The position numbers and the translations under genes were made by a program. Below, piece by piece: positions 13,180 to 26,892 of a stretch of DNA of 64,000 nucleotides. Below the pieces are notes generated by a model. The model ran no database searches and was not told the origin of the DNA. It saw only the letters and a list, made by a program, of their open reading frames with translations. The stretch lies in contig NC_090363.1 in assembly GCF_035084215.1 (NCBI RefSeq), positions 5,022,001 through 5,086,000 of the forward strand, read 5' to 3'. This stretch comes from Heptranchias perlo. Its lineage: Eukaryota. How positions within the stretch are numbered: the first letter of the stretch is position 1; each line of letters starts with the position of its first letter.

Positions 13180-14500
13180 TGAGAGGAGTGACAGAACACG
13201 GACAGGAGCTGGAAGCTGGAACCTTTCAGTACCAGGGTGAGAAATTTATATATGAGATGTCGAGGGATCAGGAGCCAAATGTAAGTCAGCGAGGACAGGG
13301 ATGATGGGTGACTGGGGTTTGGTGCACAATAGGATATGGGCAGAAGCATTTTGGACGAGCTGAAGTTTATGGAGGGTGTAGGATTGGAGGCCGGCCAAGA
13401 GAACATTCGAATAGTCGTGTATGGAGGTGACATAGGAGTTTCAGCGGAAGATGGGCTAAGACAGGGGAGGAGGTGGACAATATTACAGAGGTAGAAGAGA
13501 GTGGTCTTTGTGATGGAGAGATTATGCAGTTGGGAGCTCAGCTAGGGGTGGATTAGGACACTGTAGTTGTGAACAGTCTCATTCACCTGAGCTAGTGACT
13601 GGGGAGGGAACATAGGAACATAGGAACAGGATAGGTCATTCAGCCCCTCGAGCCTGTTCTGCCATTCAATTAGATCAAGGCTGATCCATATCTTAACTCC
13701 ATTTACCCGCCTTGGTTCCACAACTCTTAATATCCTTTGCCTAACAAAAATCTATCAATTTCAGTTTTGAAATTTTCAATCTCAACAGCTTTTTGCAAGA
13801 GTATTCCAGATTTCCACTCCCCTTTGTGTGAAGACCTGCTTCTTGACATCACCCCTGAATGGCCATCTCTAATTTTAAGTGTTCTGGACTCTCCCACCGG
13901 AGGAAATAGTTTCCCTCTATCTATCCTATCAAATCCTATAATCATCTTAAACACCTCAATTAGATCATTTTCTCTATTCAAGGGAATACAAGCCTAGTCT
14001 ATGCAACCTGTCCTCAATAATTTAACCATTTTAGCCCTGGTATCATTCTGAGGGGGGTGGTGTTTGTAGTAATGGTACAGAGTTTATGGCGTGGGCCAAA
14101 GACAATGGCTTTGTTCTTCCCAAGATTTAGCTGAAGGGAATTGCAGCTTATCCAAGACTGGTATTGGACCCCATAATCCTTGGATGATGTGGCCAAGGGC
14201 AAACATGTAGCTGAAGAAGAGAAGGGGGTCAAGATGGGACCTTGGAGGACTCCTGAGGTGATGGCGCAGCGGTGGGAAGAGAAGCCGTTGCTAGAGATGC
14301 TGTGGTGGCATTCACATTGGTAGGAGTAGAAACAATTGAGAACAATCCCAACGAGCTGGACAATGGAGGCAAGGCGTTGCAGGAGGTCAGTGCAACGTCA
14401 AAGGTCACAGAGAGGTTGAAGAAGTCCAGGAGGGATAGTGCGCCATGGCCACAGTCACAGAGAATGGGTGCCCATGAAGTTTGTTAGGGCTGTTTGTGTG
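13180..14500 (-). mobile_element. L2 LINE fragments interrupted by a CR1 3' fragment (13610-14050)
   Basis: Minus ORF 13727..13981 (DLIEVFKMIIGFDRIDRGKLFP) is CR1 C-terminal. Flanking ORFs (WISCNSLQLNLGKNKAIVFGP, LTYIWLLI) are L2-like. Confidence 0.65.
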
Positions 14501-14744
14501 CTGTGAATTGTATTTTTGGATCAACCAACCTTACAATGCTTAATTACAATTAAGCTTGGCCAGAAAACTGACTTCAAAAGACGTTGAGGGCAAAACTGGA
14601 TTTGGGCAGGAGCACCAAACAGGCGGAATCTCATTTTGCCGACTGTTATACGACACGACCGATATTCAGTCAATATCGTATAACATACCGTCTGCTTTGC
14701 ATCCCACCCAAGTCCGATTTCACCCTCATTAAGTAGGTAAAAAG

Positions 14745-17243
14745 AGGAACTGCTGACGACCCCCGAGTGCGGACCCTCCCCCTCAGGCCTTCTTCCTCAG
14801 CCCAAGGATCGTCCAGAAGTTCCTGCACACCATCCAAATGTAGAATCTGGACTGAGGGTTGGAAATGGACGCCGACTGATACAATTGTAAGACCTTAATA
14901 GTTGTCCTTTTTGTATTTTCAAAATGGTTTTAAAAATTGCATCCAGAAATGTGAATAGTATTAAATCGACTACGCGATGTGCTACGACCCTGAACTACCT
15001 GTCCGGGGTCAAGAGGGACACTCTGTTCTTGCAGGAGTGTGGGAACCCGTACCTCAGCATCTACCGGCAGTGGTCATGGATGTGGACCCAGGGGCAGTCG
15101 ATCTGATCGGGAGGCAACGATAGTCATTCCTCGGACCCAGGGATTCTGCTGCGAGGTGGTCAATTCACCATCACCGAGGTTAAGGAGGTGCTGGGGGTCC
15201 GCCTGCTCGTAGCAGACATTCTGTACAAGAACGCCCTGCTCTGACTGATCAATATGTATGCCTCGACCCTCAGGAGCGAGCGGATGGAGGGGATCCAGCA
15301 TCTCCCGATGCTGCTGGCGACCTCCAGGTCGGTGGTTCTCGCCGGAGACTTCAACTGCATCATCGATGGGGCTGGACGATCCAGCAGAGTTAACAGAATA
15401 CTGGACACCACGACCAAACTCCTGATAGAAGCGGTGAAAGGCGCAAAGCTTCGCAACGTCTTCAGCAACCCCGCAGACGGAGCGCCGCGGAGATACACCT
15501 GGTCCAGGCCAGACTGGTCTGTCTCTTCCAGGATAGACTTCCTTTTTGTGCCTCAAACGCTCAAGGTCAGATCCACTGATGCCCAGCCAGTGTTCTTCTC
15601 TGACCACTGCCTCCTACTGGCTGACTGTCAATCGCAGGAGGACCAGAAGGCTGGCAGGGGGATATGGAAGCTGATCACGAGACTGTTGCTCCTGGAGAAC
15701 ATCGAGGAACTAAAGAACCGTGAAACCCCTCTCTGACTCCACGGTGCACTGGTGGGAAGTGATCAAGGTCAACATCAAGAGGTTCTTCATCCTTGAAGGT
15801 GTTCAGAAGGCAAGAGAGAGAGACGGAGGGAAGTGTCCCAGCTCCAGAAAAGCATACAGGATCTGCTCCATCTGCAGTCGATGGGGGTCGAAGTCGGGGA
15901 GGAACTCTGAAAGGTGAAGGGCCAGCCAGCCTCATTCCGTTCCTGCAAGCCTCACCTTCCGTTCCTGCCCACGCTTCTTCTTCCAGAAGCTGCACAGATA
16001 GACCTCTGTGATCAGCAGCCTGAAGGAGGAAGATGGCTCGGTGACGTCTTCGCAGGCTGACATACTGAGGATCAGCCAAGCTGTATGACACGAAGCCCAC
16101 ATACAGCACGGCCTCCCAATCCTTCCCTGTTCTCTATCATGGAGGTCTTAGAAGACAGCGAGCGGGAGGGCATGGATTGGCCGCTGACTTTGGACGAGCT
16201 GACAAAAGCAGAATATCCCACAAGTAAATGATGCACGTGCTCTCCAAAATGGGGTTTGGGGAGGGAATCCGCAATTGGATCCCACTGCTCTACACGGACA
16301 TCCATAGCATACTCCTAATTAACGGGTGGGAGTCAGAGAGCTTTCCGATCAGATCTGGAGTCAGGCAGGGCTGTCCTCTGGACTGTACCCCACCACCTGT
16401 CCGAGGTAGAGAAGTTCCTGAGGAGGAACCCCTTCAACCACAAGGCCGTCAGACAGTGATCGACACCAAAACATTCTGAGAGTCCTGCAGGGAAGGGAGA
16501 GGGTGGATCCAATCGGGCAGTTCCCCAACCAGACGGTCAACGCCAATTGGCAGAATGTCTCATCACCAGAACTGACCAATAGGCACCAGGATGTAGCCTG
16601 GATGGTGATGAGAAGGGCCCTCTCAGTGCGGTCCTTCCAACACGCACGGAATCTCATCGCCACCATGAGCTGCCCTCGAGACTGTGGTGGGGACGAGACC
16701 GTCGTCCACTTCCTGGTGGACTGCCCCTTCGCGCAGAGCGTGTGGAGAGAGATGCGTTCGTATCCGTCCCCGTTCATCCCAAACATCTCGGTAATACAGG
16801 ACGCTGCTCTACGGGTTGTTCCCTGGATGCTCACCAAGACAGTAATCAGCTGCTGCTAGAAGACCATCAACTCAGTGAAGGAGGCCCTTTGGTCTGCCCG
16901 AAACATGCAGGTCTTCCCGCTGACGGAGCTGTCCATGACTGAGTGTTGCCGACTGGCACATTCCAAGGTCCAGGAGTACGTGCTGAGGGTCGCACTGAAG
17001 CGAGGTGCAGCCTCGTCAAAGGTTCTATGGGGAAAGGCCACCATGTAAGGCCACCCCGCTTTGTATTGTACAGAATGTATTGGAAGATATGTACTGTGTT
17101 TTGAATTGTAATAATGAGATCATAGTGTGTACAATCTGCATGGTGTTAGTTTGAACAGCATTGCTTGAAATTGTGTCTTTTTACATTGAACTATGTGTAT
17201 CTTTAAATTTTATGAAATAAAGTATATCTTGAGATATAAAAAA
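14745..17243 (+). mobile_element. Internally deleted Tx1-clade non-LTR retrotransposon (APE endonuclease, RT and zinc-finger remnants)
   Basis: MVLKIASRNVNSIK...FLQEC, VVLAGDFNC, SRIDFLF, FFSDH (APE); GVRQGCPL (RT); CPRDCGGDETVVHFLVDC (zf-RVT). The ORF ends LWGKATM* near 17048, with AATAAA and an A-rich tail near 17215-17243. Many stops and deletions. Confidence 0.9.
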
Positions 17244-17579
17244 GTGGACTCAGGCTTTTAACAGCTGATGACCCAAACTCCACCTGGATTCCCGCATGAT
17301 CGATTTCACACCATCTGCAACTGGAATGGAGCTGGTTTGTGCACTGAAAGGTGAAGATTTAATGCCTATTGCAGCTAAACAGCCCAGTTCGCAGCTCCGC
17401 TGGAACAGTTTCCTGACAGCCACGACTAACCAATCCAAAAAGAGTTTAGTTTGTCTCATGTAGGTGGAGTGCGTGAGATGCACTGCCCTGTGAAAACCAG
17501 CACATCATCCCGTGGAAAGGCATTGCAGGAAATCTGAGCCCATCATACGTGTCTCGGTGAAATTGCTCTTGATAACTAT

Positions 17580-17766
17580 GGGGGTGAAATTCACCTTGGG
17601 CTGCGGCGCAAAACGGGCCATAGCGAATCGGCAGCTCGTTTTACTCTGCCCCCGATTTTATATTCCATTGACTTCAATGCAAAAGAAATTTCGTCTGAGT
17701 GTAAAAACGGGCTGCCGATTCGCTATTGCCCCTTTTACGCTGTTGCCCATAACAAATGTCACCCTC
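17580..17766. mobile_element. Palindromic MITE-like element
   Basis: Arms ATAGCGAATCGGCAGCTCGTTTTAC and GTAAAAACGGGCTGCCGATTCGCTAT are near-reverse complements around a central CATTGACTTCAATG. Related elements occur at ~30950-31310 and ~54680-54850. Confidence 0.7.
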
Positions 17767-18712
17767 TAGGATTCAGCAATAATTTGAACAGTCAGTCACT
17801 TTTTTCATTAAGGTAATTGGCAATGGAACCAGAGGTGAGATGAGGAGAAGATGCTAGAGATAGAGAAGGTGACAGATCTAATTGAACGGCGGAACAGGCT
17901 AAAAGGGTCTGAATGGATCCTATGTTCCTAGATTTTTTTTTTACGCAGCGAGTGGTTATGATCTGGATTGCGGTCCGTGAAAGGGCGGTGGAAGCAGATT
18001 CAATAATAACTTTCAAAATGGAATTGGATAAATACTTGAAAAGGAAAAAAAAAAATTGCAAGGCTGTGGGCAAACAGCAGGGGAATGGGACTAAATGTTT
18101 CAAAGAGCAGTAGTAGAGGCGGGTACAATTTTGTCTTTTAAAAAGCATTTGGACAGTTACATGGGTAAGATGGGTATAGAGGGATATGGGCCAAGTGCAG
18201 GCAACTGGGACTAGCTTAGTGGTATAAACTGGGCGACATGGACATGTTGGGCCGAAGGGCCTGTTTCCATGTTGTAAACTTCTAGGTACGATGGGCCCAA
18301 TGGCCTCCTTATGTGCTGGATCAATCTATGATTCGATGAGCCAAGTGGCACCTTTCTGTTCCCAGGCGCGATCACATAACTGATCAGTCCCCAGGTCACC
18401 CTGCCGAGTTTCCCAGCCCTAACTGGTTCAGCCCCCTTGATCACCTTGAATTCCCTCCCCCCCCCCCCCCCCCCGCCCAGGATCGCCAGACTGATGGTGA
18501 ATTTAGTGCGGCTCATCGGGGCGAAACAGGACAACGTGTTTTACAAAACGGACATTTCAAGCTCCCCCCCCCCCCCCCGGTGGTGTTGAGACCCTCCCAC
18601 AGTTTGCACTTGTTTGTAGTTTGCCTGAAACCTGAGTGAGCGTTTCTGATTGGCCAATTAGACCCCATTGTTTCTATCTCATAATAGCAACATCAAAATA
18701 TGCGCCTTTTCA

Positions 18713-18770
18713 CCAATAGGAATGCATCAGTTTCCGATTCCTCATTTGCATACAGCGAGCTATTAAATAA
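18713..18770 (+). promoter_or_regulatory. H2B promoter: CCAAT, H2B box/octamer and TATA-like
   Basis: CCAAT 18713, CTCATTTGCATAC (octamer at 18744-18751) and TATTAAATAA 18761. Confidence 0.85.
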
Positions 18771-18818
18771 CGCGCCCAAGCGGGTTTTCCCCACAACAAA
18801 CCTGTTTGTTCGTTCGGG

Positions 18819-19199
18819 ATGCCTGAAGCGGCGTCAAAAGGTATGGCTCCTAAAAAGGGGCCAAAGAAAGCGGCCACCAAGAAGCGGGCCAAGGGTGAAA
18901 AGAAGCGCCGAAAGACAAGGAAGCAGAGTTATAGCATCTACATCTATAAAGTGCTGAAGCAGGTCCACCCGGACACGGGCATCTCCTCCTCGGCCATGAG
19001 TGTCATCAACTCCTTCGTCAACGACATCTTCGAGCGCATCGCCTGCGAGGCTTCCCGCCTCATCCGCTACAGCAAACGGCAGACCATCTCCTCCAGGGAG
19101 ATCCAGACCACCGTCCGCCTCCTGCTGCCCGGGGAACTGGCCAAACACGCCGTCTCGGAAGGGACAAAGGCCGTCACCAAATACACCAGCTGCAAATAA
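18819..19199 (+). CDS. H2B: Histone H2B, divergent cysteine-containing variant (126 aa)
   Basis: [21 protein letters not shown]...[26 protein letters not shown]. Octamer promoter upstream and stem-loop downstream. Confidence 0.97.
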   Translation: MPEAASKGMAPKKGPKKAATKKRAKGEKKRRKTRKQSYSIYIYKVLKQVHPDTGISSSAMSVINSFVNDIFERIACEASRLIRYSKRQTISSREIQTTVRLLLPGELAKHAVSEGTKAVTKYTSCK

Positions 19200-19236
19200 A
19201 ACATCTTGATATTCCGCTTTAAAATTCAACCCAAAA

Positions 19237-19252
19237 GGCTCTTTTCAGAGCC
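19237..19252 (+). terminator. Histone 3' stem-loop of H2B (first copy)
   Basis: CCAAAA-GGCTCTTTTCAGAGCC-ACTCA. Confidence 0.95.
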
Positions 19253-19700
19253 ACTCACGATATCCAGAAGGGACTATTTGTTCTCAGTTGTTTGTCGTTT
19301 GAAGTATCGACAGGATCTCAAAGAATGAAACCCCTCACCTTTATTTTCCTTTCTTTCGAGAATCCACGGGCATTTGGAGCTGAAAGCCTGACTTAATTTA
19401 ATCGTAAAATTAACTCCACCGTTTCATTTTTTCCTATGTTCAGATTTGGTAGTGTCATGGAAATTTTGTATTAAAATATTTTTGTTAACTTAAAATGAGT
19501 TGACATTCCTGATTTACGCTATATGACCAATACAAAATATTGTAGTTACTGTGTCATGTTTTGTACGAACCACGCCGCTGAAAACTTGTGAAATTAAATC
19601 TGTCAGCTTATATCAAGATCCAGTAATTTTCAATGATCAATGTAACATAATTCAGATGTAATAATAATGACTGATTATTCAGTCCCACAGATCAGTTCTT

Positions 19701-19850
19701 TGGGCACCGCAGGGACTGGTGGGCATATTGGATGCGGGAGGCAACATTATTATGTAATTTGATAAGTTTCCTTTGTTTTTATTGATGATTTGGATTTCTA
19801 TTCTGCCCCTCTAAAAAGGGGGCATTTTAGTTACTTTAGTTAGTTTTTTT
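19701..19850 (+). mobile_element. Short non-LTR retrotransposon 3' end (Tx1-like)
   Basis: Encodes WAPQGLVGILDAGGNIIM*, then a T-rich UTR and hairpin TGCCCCT-CTAAAA-AGGGGGCA. Homologous to 23152-23291, 39854-40013 and 40181-40345. Confidence 0.6.
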
Positions 19851-19957
19851 GGTTTGATGAGCAGCCCAGTGTCTCCTTCTGGGTTTCTAAAGAAAAGTTT
19901 TTATTCTATAAACGCCCTTTTTATTTTTGTTACTTTTTCCCTCTTTTTTTCGGTTGA

Positions 19958-20530
<573 letters not shown>

Positions 20531-20573
20531 AATTTTCCGCGGCACTTTTACGTATTTAAGTAACGAAACCAAA

Positions 20574-20589
20574 GGCTCTTTTAAGAGCC
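20574..20589 (+). terminator. Histone 3' stem-loop of H3
   Basis: CCAAA-GGCTCTTTTAAGAGCC-ACTAA. Confidence 0.95.
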
Positions 20590-22370
20590 ACTAACTAAAT
20601 CCGTTGGAAAAAAGGCTGTGATGCAGAGAAGCGACTGAAGGGCAAATGTTTGAATAACATGAATGTTAGTGGGTTTTTTTGCTAACAGATTAAGAGCAGC
20701 ATTTGCCTGATGTTAAATCAACCATACAACACAAAAGCAGGCCATTCTGCCCATCGTGCCGTTGCCAGATCTTTCAAAGAACTATCCAATTAGTTCCCCC
20801 CCCTGTTCTTTCCCCAATACCTGCAACATTTTTCCTTTTCAATTATTCAATTCCCTTTTCAAAGTTACTTTTGAATCTGCTTTCACCACCCTTTCAGGCA
20901 GCGCAATCCAGATCGTAACTCACTGAGCATCTCATCCCACCACCCCCCCTCCCTGCCCTATTAATTCAAGGAAAATGCGAAAAACAAATTAAAACCACAA
21001 GAATATCATAAGGAATGATAGAAGGCGACCATTCGGCCCAATGTGCCTGTGATGGCTCTGAAAGCGTTCCGCTTCCTCCCATTCCCCGCCCTTTCCCCAT
21101 ATTTTATTTTTCAAATATTTATCCACTCCCCTTTTAAAAGCAAGGCCATTGAATTTTACAGCACAGCTATTCGTCTGAAAGAACTATCCACATACTCCCT
21201 TTCCCAAAAAAAACCTTCAAATGCTACATATTTCATATTTGATCTTCTTAAAAAGCGATTAAAGTGATTGTTTCCACCGCTGTTTCTGGCAGGACATAGA
21301 TACATACAAACATACAATTTAAAATAGTTGGCAAACGAAGTAGAGGGGAAATGCAGAGATTTTTATTTCACACAGAGGGTTGTTATGATCTGGAACGTAT
21401 TACCTGAAAGGGTGGTGGAATCAGATTCCATAGGAGCTTTCAAAAGGCAATTGGACATGTACTTGAAGAGGACTAATTTTCAGGGTTATGGGGAAAGAGC
21501 TGGGGTGTGGGACTAATTGGGCAGCTCTTTCAAAGAGCTGGCACAGGCACAACAGGCCGAATGGCCTCCTTCTGTGCTGTAAGAGGCTATGCGTTTTTGG
21601 CGGGAAATGGCAGTTGGTTCCCTCCCGCTGTTTGTTTTTTTCTCTCTCTGGTCACAGAACCGTCACATTCCCACTCGGTGCGTCCGCCTTCGCAAACCTT
21701 TTTTTTTCTTTATTGTAACATCAGCCGATGGTGTTTGTCCAGAACGGACTCCTCCCGAGGCCGTACCTCAGCCCGCCCTCCAACACATCGCCGAAAAGGC
21801 ATGAAATAGCCTGGGGGTTGTGGACAAACTCTTTTCGCTCCTCTTTCGAGAGAAAGATGGTTCAGTGACTCCTTGCAGCTGCTGCACTGATAAAAATGCA
21901 GCATTTTTGTTCAATATTTCTTACAGGTGTTCTCTACCTTGTTTCTTAGTTTAACATATTATTTAAAAAGAAAAATCACAAAAAAATCACCAACAAAACT
22001 ATTGTAACGGCGTACAGGAACAAATAATCTTTAATAAGATAACATTTTGATTGCAAAGCGTTCCTGCTGTTCACACCAGTTAAATCCTGTAGACTATACG
22101 TTGTTGGCCACGAATTTAGATCTTAGATTTTATGTCGAAAACATTGGGTTACATTCACCTAGTAAATTAATTCATTGCTCAACAATATTCCATATATAGT
22201 TAATATAGATAATGAAATTAGATGAATTTCGGGACGAAACTCCGCTGGCAGATTCCCAGTGGAGGCTCCCTGAAGGATACAACGTTTAATATAACTTTTC
22301 TAAGTTTGTTTAAATTAAAATCCCGAGTATACGCGACAATCTGATTCGAACTCTTTAGAAGGAGGTGGGT

Positions 22371-22386
22371 GGCTCTTAAAAGAGCC
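22371..22386 (-). terminator. Histone 3' stem-loop of H2A
   Basis: Minus strand reads ACAAA-GGCTCTTTTAAGAGCC-ACCCA, then the AAAGAG HDE. Confidence 0.95.
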
Positions 22387-22417
22387 TTTGTGAATTTGTT
22401 GAGTGATTTCTTTGTCT

Positions 22418-22864
<447 letters not shown>

Positions 22865-23042
22865 TTATATCAGTCGGCGGGATAGGGACGCAGTCGTTTT
22901 TCATTGGTTAATTATATTGTCTTTGTTTCTGATAGGCCTTTAATTCAGGAGAAATATTAATATTTGGCGAATGGGAATCGACGTCTTATCCATCCCTAAT
23001 TAGCATAAGCTGTTTTTCAAGTTAGATAAACAGCAAACTTGT

Positions 23043-23291
23043 AAACTCGGTTTTGGTTCTTTTTAGTATTGAAGCACACCCTACACCCCCCCTTCTTTTA
23101 AAAGGGGGGCCTAAAAATCACAACAAAAAAAGAAAAAAACAGCAAACTTGTGACCGGTATGCACCGCAGGGACTGGAGTGGATCCTTGACCAATATAGTA
23201 AAATTATTATTTGATTTTTATTTGCTTTTTATTAAAAAAAAGAACACCCTAAACTCCCCTGATTATAAAAGGGGCCTAAGGCAAAAAATCC
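23043..23291 (+). mobile_element. Two tandem retrotransposon 3' ends (Tx1-like) separated and flanked by a repeated CAGCAAACTT site
   Basis: 23043-23139 is UTR, CCCC/GGGG hairpin and A-rich tail. 23152-23291 is DRYAPQGLEWILDQYSKIII*, UTR, hairpin and A tail. CAGCAAACTT occurs at 23031, 23140 and 23292. Confidence 0.65.
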
Positions 23292-25452
23292 CAGCAAACT
23301 TTGGGGACACACGGAATTTAAATAGGTTCCCAATGTCAGTAGCAAAAATAATGAATTCCAACTGCAAATCCAATTCATCCATTCCAGCTTGTAAAATGAA
23401 AATAAAAGTAATGCACCAGAGAGTCCCCAGAGAGCAAATCGCAAACTCACGAGCAGATTGAGTTTATTGGTGGCTTTTGTCTGAGGGGAGCATATTAGAC
23501 AAGAATAAAACCATTAAAAGAAAAGTGTAAGAAATGCCGCATTACCCTACATAAATTCTCAATAGCTGTAAGAACACACATCCTAGTCCTTGGAGGAGAG
23601 GCAGAGAAAAGCCGATTAACTGATCTCTAGCGCCAGACGTCTGATTTATGAAGAAATAGTGGAGAAACGGAATTGCAATTGAAATACACACATTCTCACA
23701 CAGTATTCTTTTTCCGGAAATGTTTTAAGGGGATTTCACGAATTGAGAGGTATAGAAATTAGGAGTATTTTTAAAGTCATTATTATTATTAATAGTCAAA
23801 AATGCAATGTCATCCCATTTCCCCAATCACATTGCATTTTGCTCTCTTCAATTTTGGAGCAATTTTGCTCGCTTTTTGCCTTCCTAATTTTTTTTCATCA
23901 TAAAAACTATGTTCGTACATCATCCAGTAATTTCGACTTGTTCCAGTTTATATTCTATCCATTGCAAGGCCATTAATCATTTTAATGCTCAACATTAGTA
24001 CAGAGAGAATGAAGACGACAATGAAATCGTTTTTTCACTGGTTATTTCTTCTGCCATTGTTTCTGATCGGATGTAACCACCTCCTGCGGAAAGGACTATT
24101 AATGTAAACTCGTTTTTATTAAGTAAATTAGAATCAAATATCGAGCACTGTTCCCTGCGATTTTCTATTGCAATAAAGGTAAGTAATCAAGATCTCGTGT
24201 GATTGATCAAGCTGTAAAGAAAATGCTGTTGGCTGAAGTGAACATGCTTTCTAGTCGAGACTGGAAGCACTTTTCAGATGACTTTCTTGGGCTGCAATTT
24301 TCGCCTGGTAGCCTCTATGATTCGTATTGTATGTCTCATGAAGTTGGCTGCAGTAATTTCGCTTCTGCGATAACTCTCAAAGCAAAGACAAAAGAAAGGA
24401 CATCACACATTGTGCTTGAATCCTGGGGCGAATTCATCAGAGTGCAATCTTGTCAACTATTGTATGTAGCTCTGTCTCTCCTCGATTTCTGAAGCAGTAA
24501 AGAAAATAGCAAGAAGACCCTTAGTTAGCCCATACAGGACCCTCCTGTCTGAACTTACAATGCACTTTATTCTTAATATTCAACCAATTTTATTCAGATG
24601 AAAATCCAGGTCTTCAGCAATTCCCTTTTGGTTGAATGGTGGACAGCAATATAGACCATATGGTTCACCTATAAAAGCCTGAGATTCTTCACTTCAACAT
24701 AATCTCTAATTGCTAATTTAGTCCTGTGATTGAGACAATGCTACGTTATTCTATCCAGATATTCACCTCAACGAAGCTGCCAATTACTGTTTTTTTGTTT
24801 AATATTTCATTAGCACTGTCACTAGAAAATGCAACTAAATTGCTCTACAAATGTGTCACCGAATTCATGACAAACAAAACATCCAAACAGGCTCTGATAA
24901 TTCTATTTTTTTGTTACAGATCTCAAGACCATGTAAAGAGGGTGATCCGTTTGTCAGTGTCACACAAAGACATACCACTAGAGTAGTTTTGTTGCTATGG
25001 GTATGTAGAATCGTCGATTAAAATTGATATCTTACCGAAAACTGCTTTAATCTGAGTGCAGATTTTCGTCTGTAATTAGCAGAGCCTTAATAAAGCGGCG
25101 AGGAAGGACATGGGAAACTTAGCCGTTTTCAAATAACGATAATACATTCAGTCTGGCTCTTATTTAATTGCGCCTTTTACGTTTGTTGCTTTTACTGCTT
25201 TTTTTTCCTGCTCGAACGTCAGTTTTTAAGTTGATTTAAACAACCAAATTCAACATTCCCCGAGCGCCACTGCAGCTAGCTGATAACACGCACCACATTG
25301 ACGACGAGGTGTCGACAAATTAGTAAACTATCCGCGAGTTATCTGATGGGAACACACCAACTTTTGGCCACAAACGCTGCCTACAACAGTACCCCACTGG
25401 ACATCGTAAAACATCTTCGCTTGGATTTAGCCCTCGTTTGATTATTGTGTGT

Positions 25453-25468
25453 GGCTCTTAAAAGAGCC
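25453..25468 (-). terminator. Histone 3' stem-loop of H2B (second copy)
   Basis: Minus strand reads ACAAC-GGCTCTTTTAAGAGCC-ACACA. Confidence 0.95.
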
Positions 25469-25498
25469 GTTGTGTCGGTTTTTTTTTACCCGGGTTAC

Positions 25499-25879
25499 CT
25501 AAAGGGAATTGGTGTATTTAGTAACAGCTTTCGTGCCTTCAGAAACGGCATGTTTGGCCAGTTCCCCCGGCAGCATGAGGCGGACGGCACTCTGGATCTC
25601 CCGGGCTGAGATAGTCCGGCGATTATTGTAATGAATTAAATGGGAAGCCTCTGAGGCGATGCGCTCGAAGATGTCCACAACGAAGGAGTTCATGACACTC
25701 ATGGCCTTGGAAGAAATCCTGGTGGCGGGATGGACCTGGGTTAACACTCTGTAGACATAAGTGGAATAACTCAGCTTCCGACTTCTCCTCCGCTTCTTAG
25801 GAGTTTTCTTGTTGATTTTGGTAAGTGACTGCTTCGATAACTTTCTAGACGCAGCCCCTTTACTCGCCGCCTCAGGCAT
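25499..25879 (-). CDS. H2B: Histone H2B, highly divergent variant (126 aa)
   Basis: ATG at 25879 gives [16 protein letters not shown]...[45 protein letters not shown]...[23 protein letters not shown]. Intact ORF with stem-loop. Confidence 0.95.
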   Translation of the reverse strand: MPEAASKGAASRKLSKQSLTKINKKTPKKRRRSRKLSYSTYVYRVLTQVHPATRISSKAMSVMNSFVVDIFERIASEASHLIHYNNRRTISAREIQSAVRLMLPGELAKHAVSEGTKAVTKYTNSL

Positions 25880-25933
25880 TCCAGTCAATTCAAACGAATT
25901 CTACTCAATCAAATTTAGACGTCCGCCCGTCTC

Positions 25934-26100
25934 ATATATAGACACCGTTATGCTAATGAAGGATGCAGAAAGAAGGATTTTTGATTGGCTAATATCCGGT
26001 TTTCAGCCAATCATGTTTCAGATTATTTTCCCACGTTCGGAGCCTATGGCCAATCGGAAGTACGAATCGTCCGGCTTGTCCACAAAAGGTGGGCGGTCCC
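25934..26100 (-). promoter_or_regulatory. Promoter of second H2B: TATA, variant octamer ATTAGCAT, multiple CCAAT, GC box
   Basis: TATATA ~25935, ATGCTAAT 25950-25957 (minus ATTAGCAT), ATTGG ~25984, CCAAT ~26007 and ~26050, GGGCGG 26091. Confidence 0.7.
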
Positions 26101-26841
26101 GGTAACCACTCAAAGCAGAGGGCGAGGTGACCTTTGACACCAAGGACCGCACCCAATACAGTCAAGATCTTGTGCTTTTCATCATTATAAGCAATGCTGA
26201 TGAAGGATCTTTTCAAACATTCACAGAAACCCCACCAATCTCTCCAGGAAAGAGATAGACCCAGATGGCGGATCAGGACAGGTTAACCGTTAACCTTGTC
26301 ATTTCTCTTTTCAGATGATAGGTTAAGTTGTTTTGTGAACTTCTAGCATCATCTGCTTTAATTTTAGCCGCCTGTGATAGAAGATTTAAGAAGTATCCAC
26401 TAAGTTTATTTTTTAAAAAAAAACATAACTTCTTTCACACTCTTAACTAAATTTGGTTTCAGAAAAAACTACAGGACTCAAAAATACTGCCAATTTTCTA
26501 CTGACTCGTATATTTAACCTCACGGTCTTTCTATCGCCCCTGTAGCCGATACGCTGAGTTTAATGAGGCGCCAGATTGTCCCCTAGAAGAATCAGCACAA
26601 GATCTGCAGCAGAGTAAGGAGCATCATTTTTCCATTTATTTTAGTGAATGCTTTAGGTAAACCTTCAATATTATTACAAACATGTTCCTAAGTGAATGCT
26701 GAATACATTTCGTCACGTAAAAGTGATACGGCAGGTTCATAACTAGACCCAGCCGACAAATTGTGACCCAGTTCAGGTGAAAATCGAGGAGGAAGGGGAG
26801 CATCAATGTCTTTAGCTCCTTTTTTGGTGGAATTTGTGGGT

Positions 26842-26857
26842 GGCTCTGAAAAGAGCC
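26842..26857 (-). terminator. Histone 3' stem-loop of H1-like gene A
   Basis: Minus strand reads CAAAA-GGCTCTTTTCAGAGCC-ACCCA. Confidence 0.95.
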
Positions 26858-26892
26858 TTTTGTGTTCAAATGGTTTGCCGCTCCTGTCCCGT

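Noticed and set aside
18211-18534. Minus ORF containing MSRTKFT upstream of H2B (H3-like start or missing H2A partner)
   Set aside because: Similarity is limited to four residues; the remainder is a poly-G run and CR1-derived sequence.
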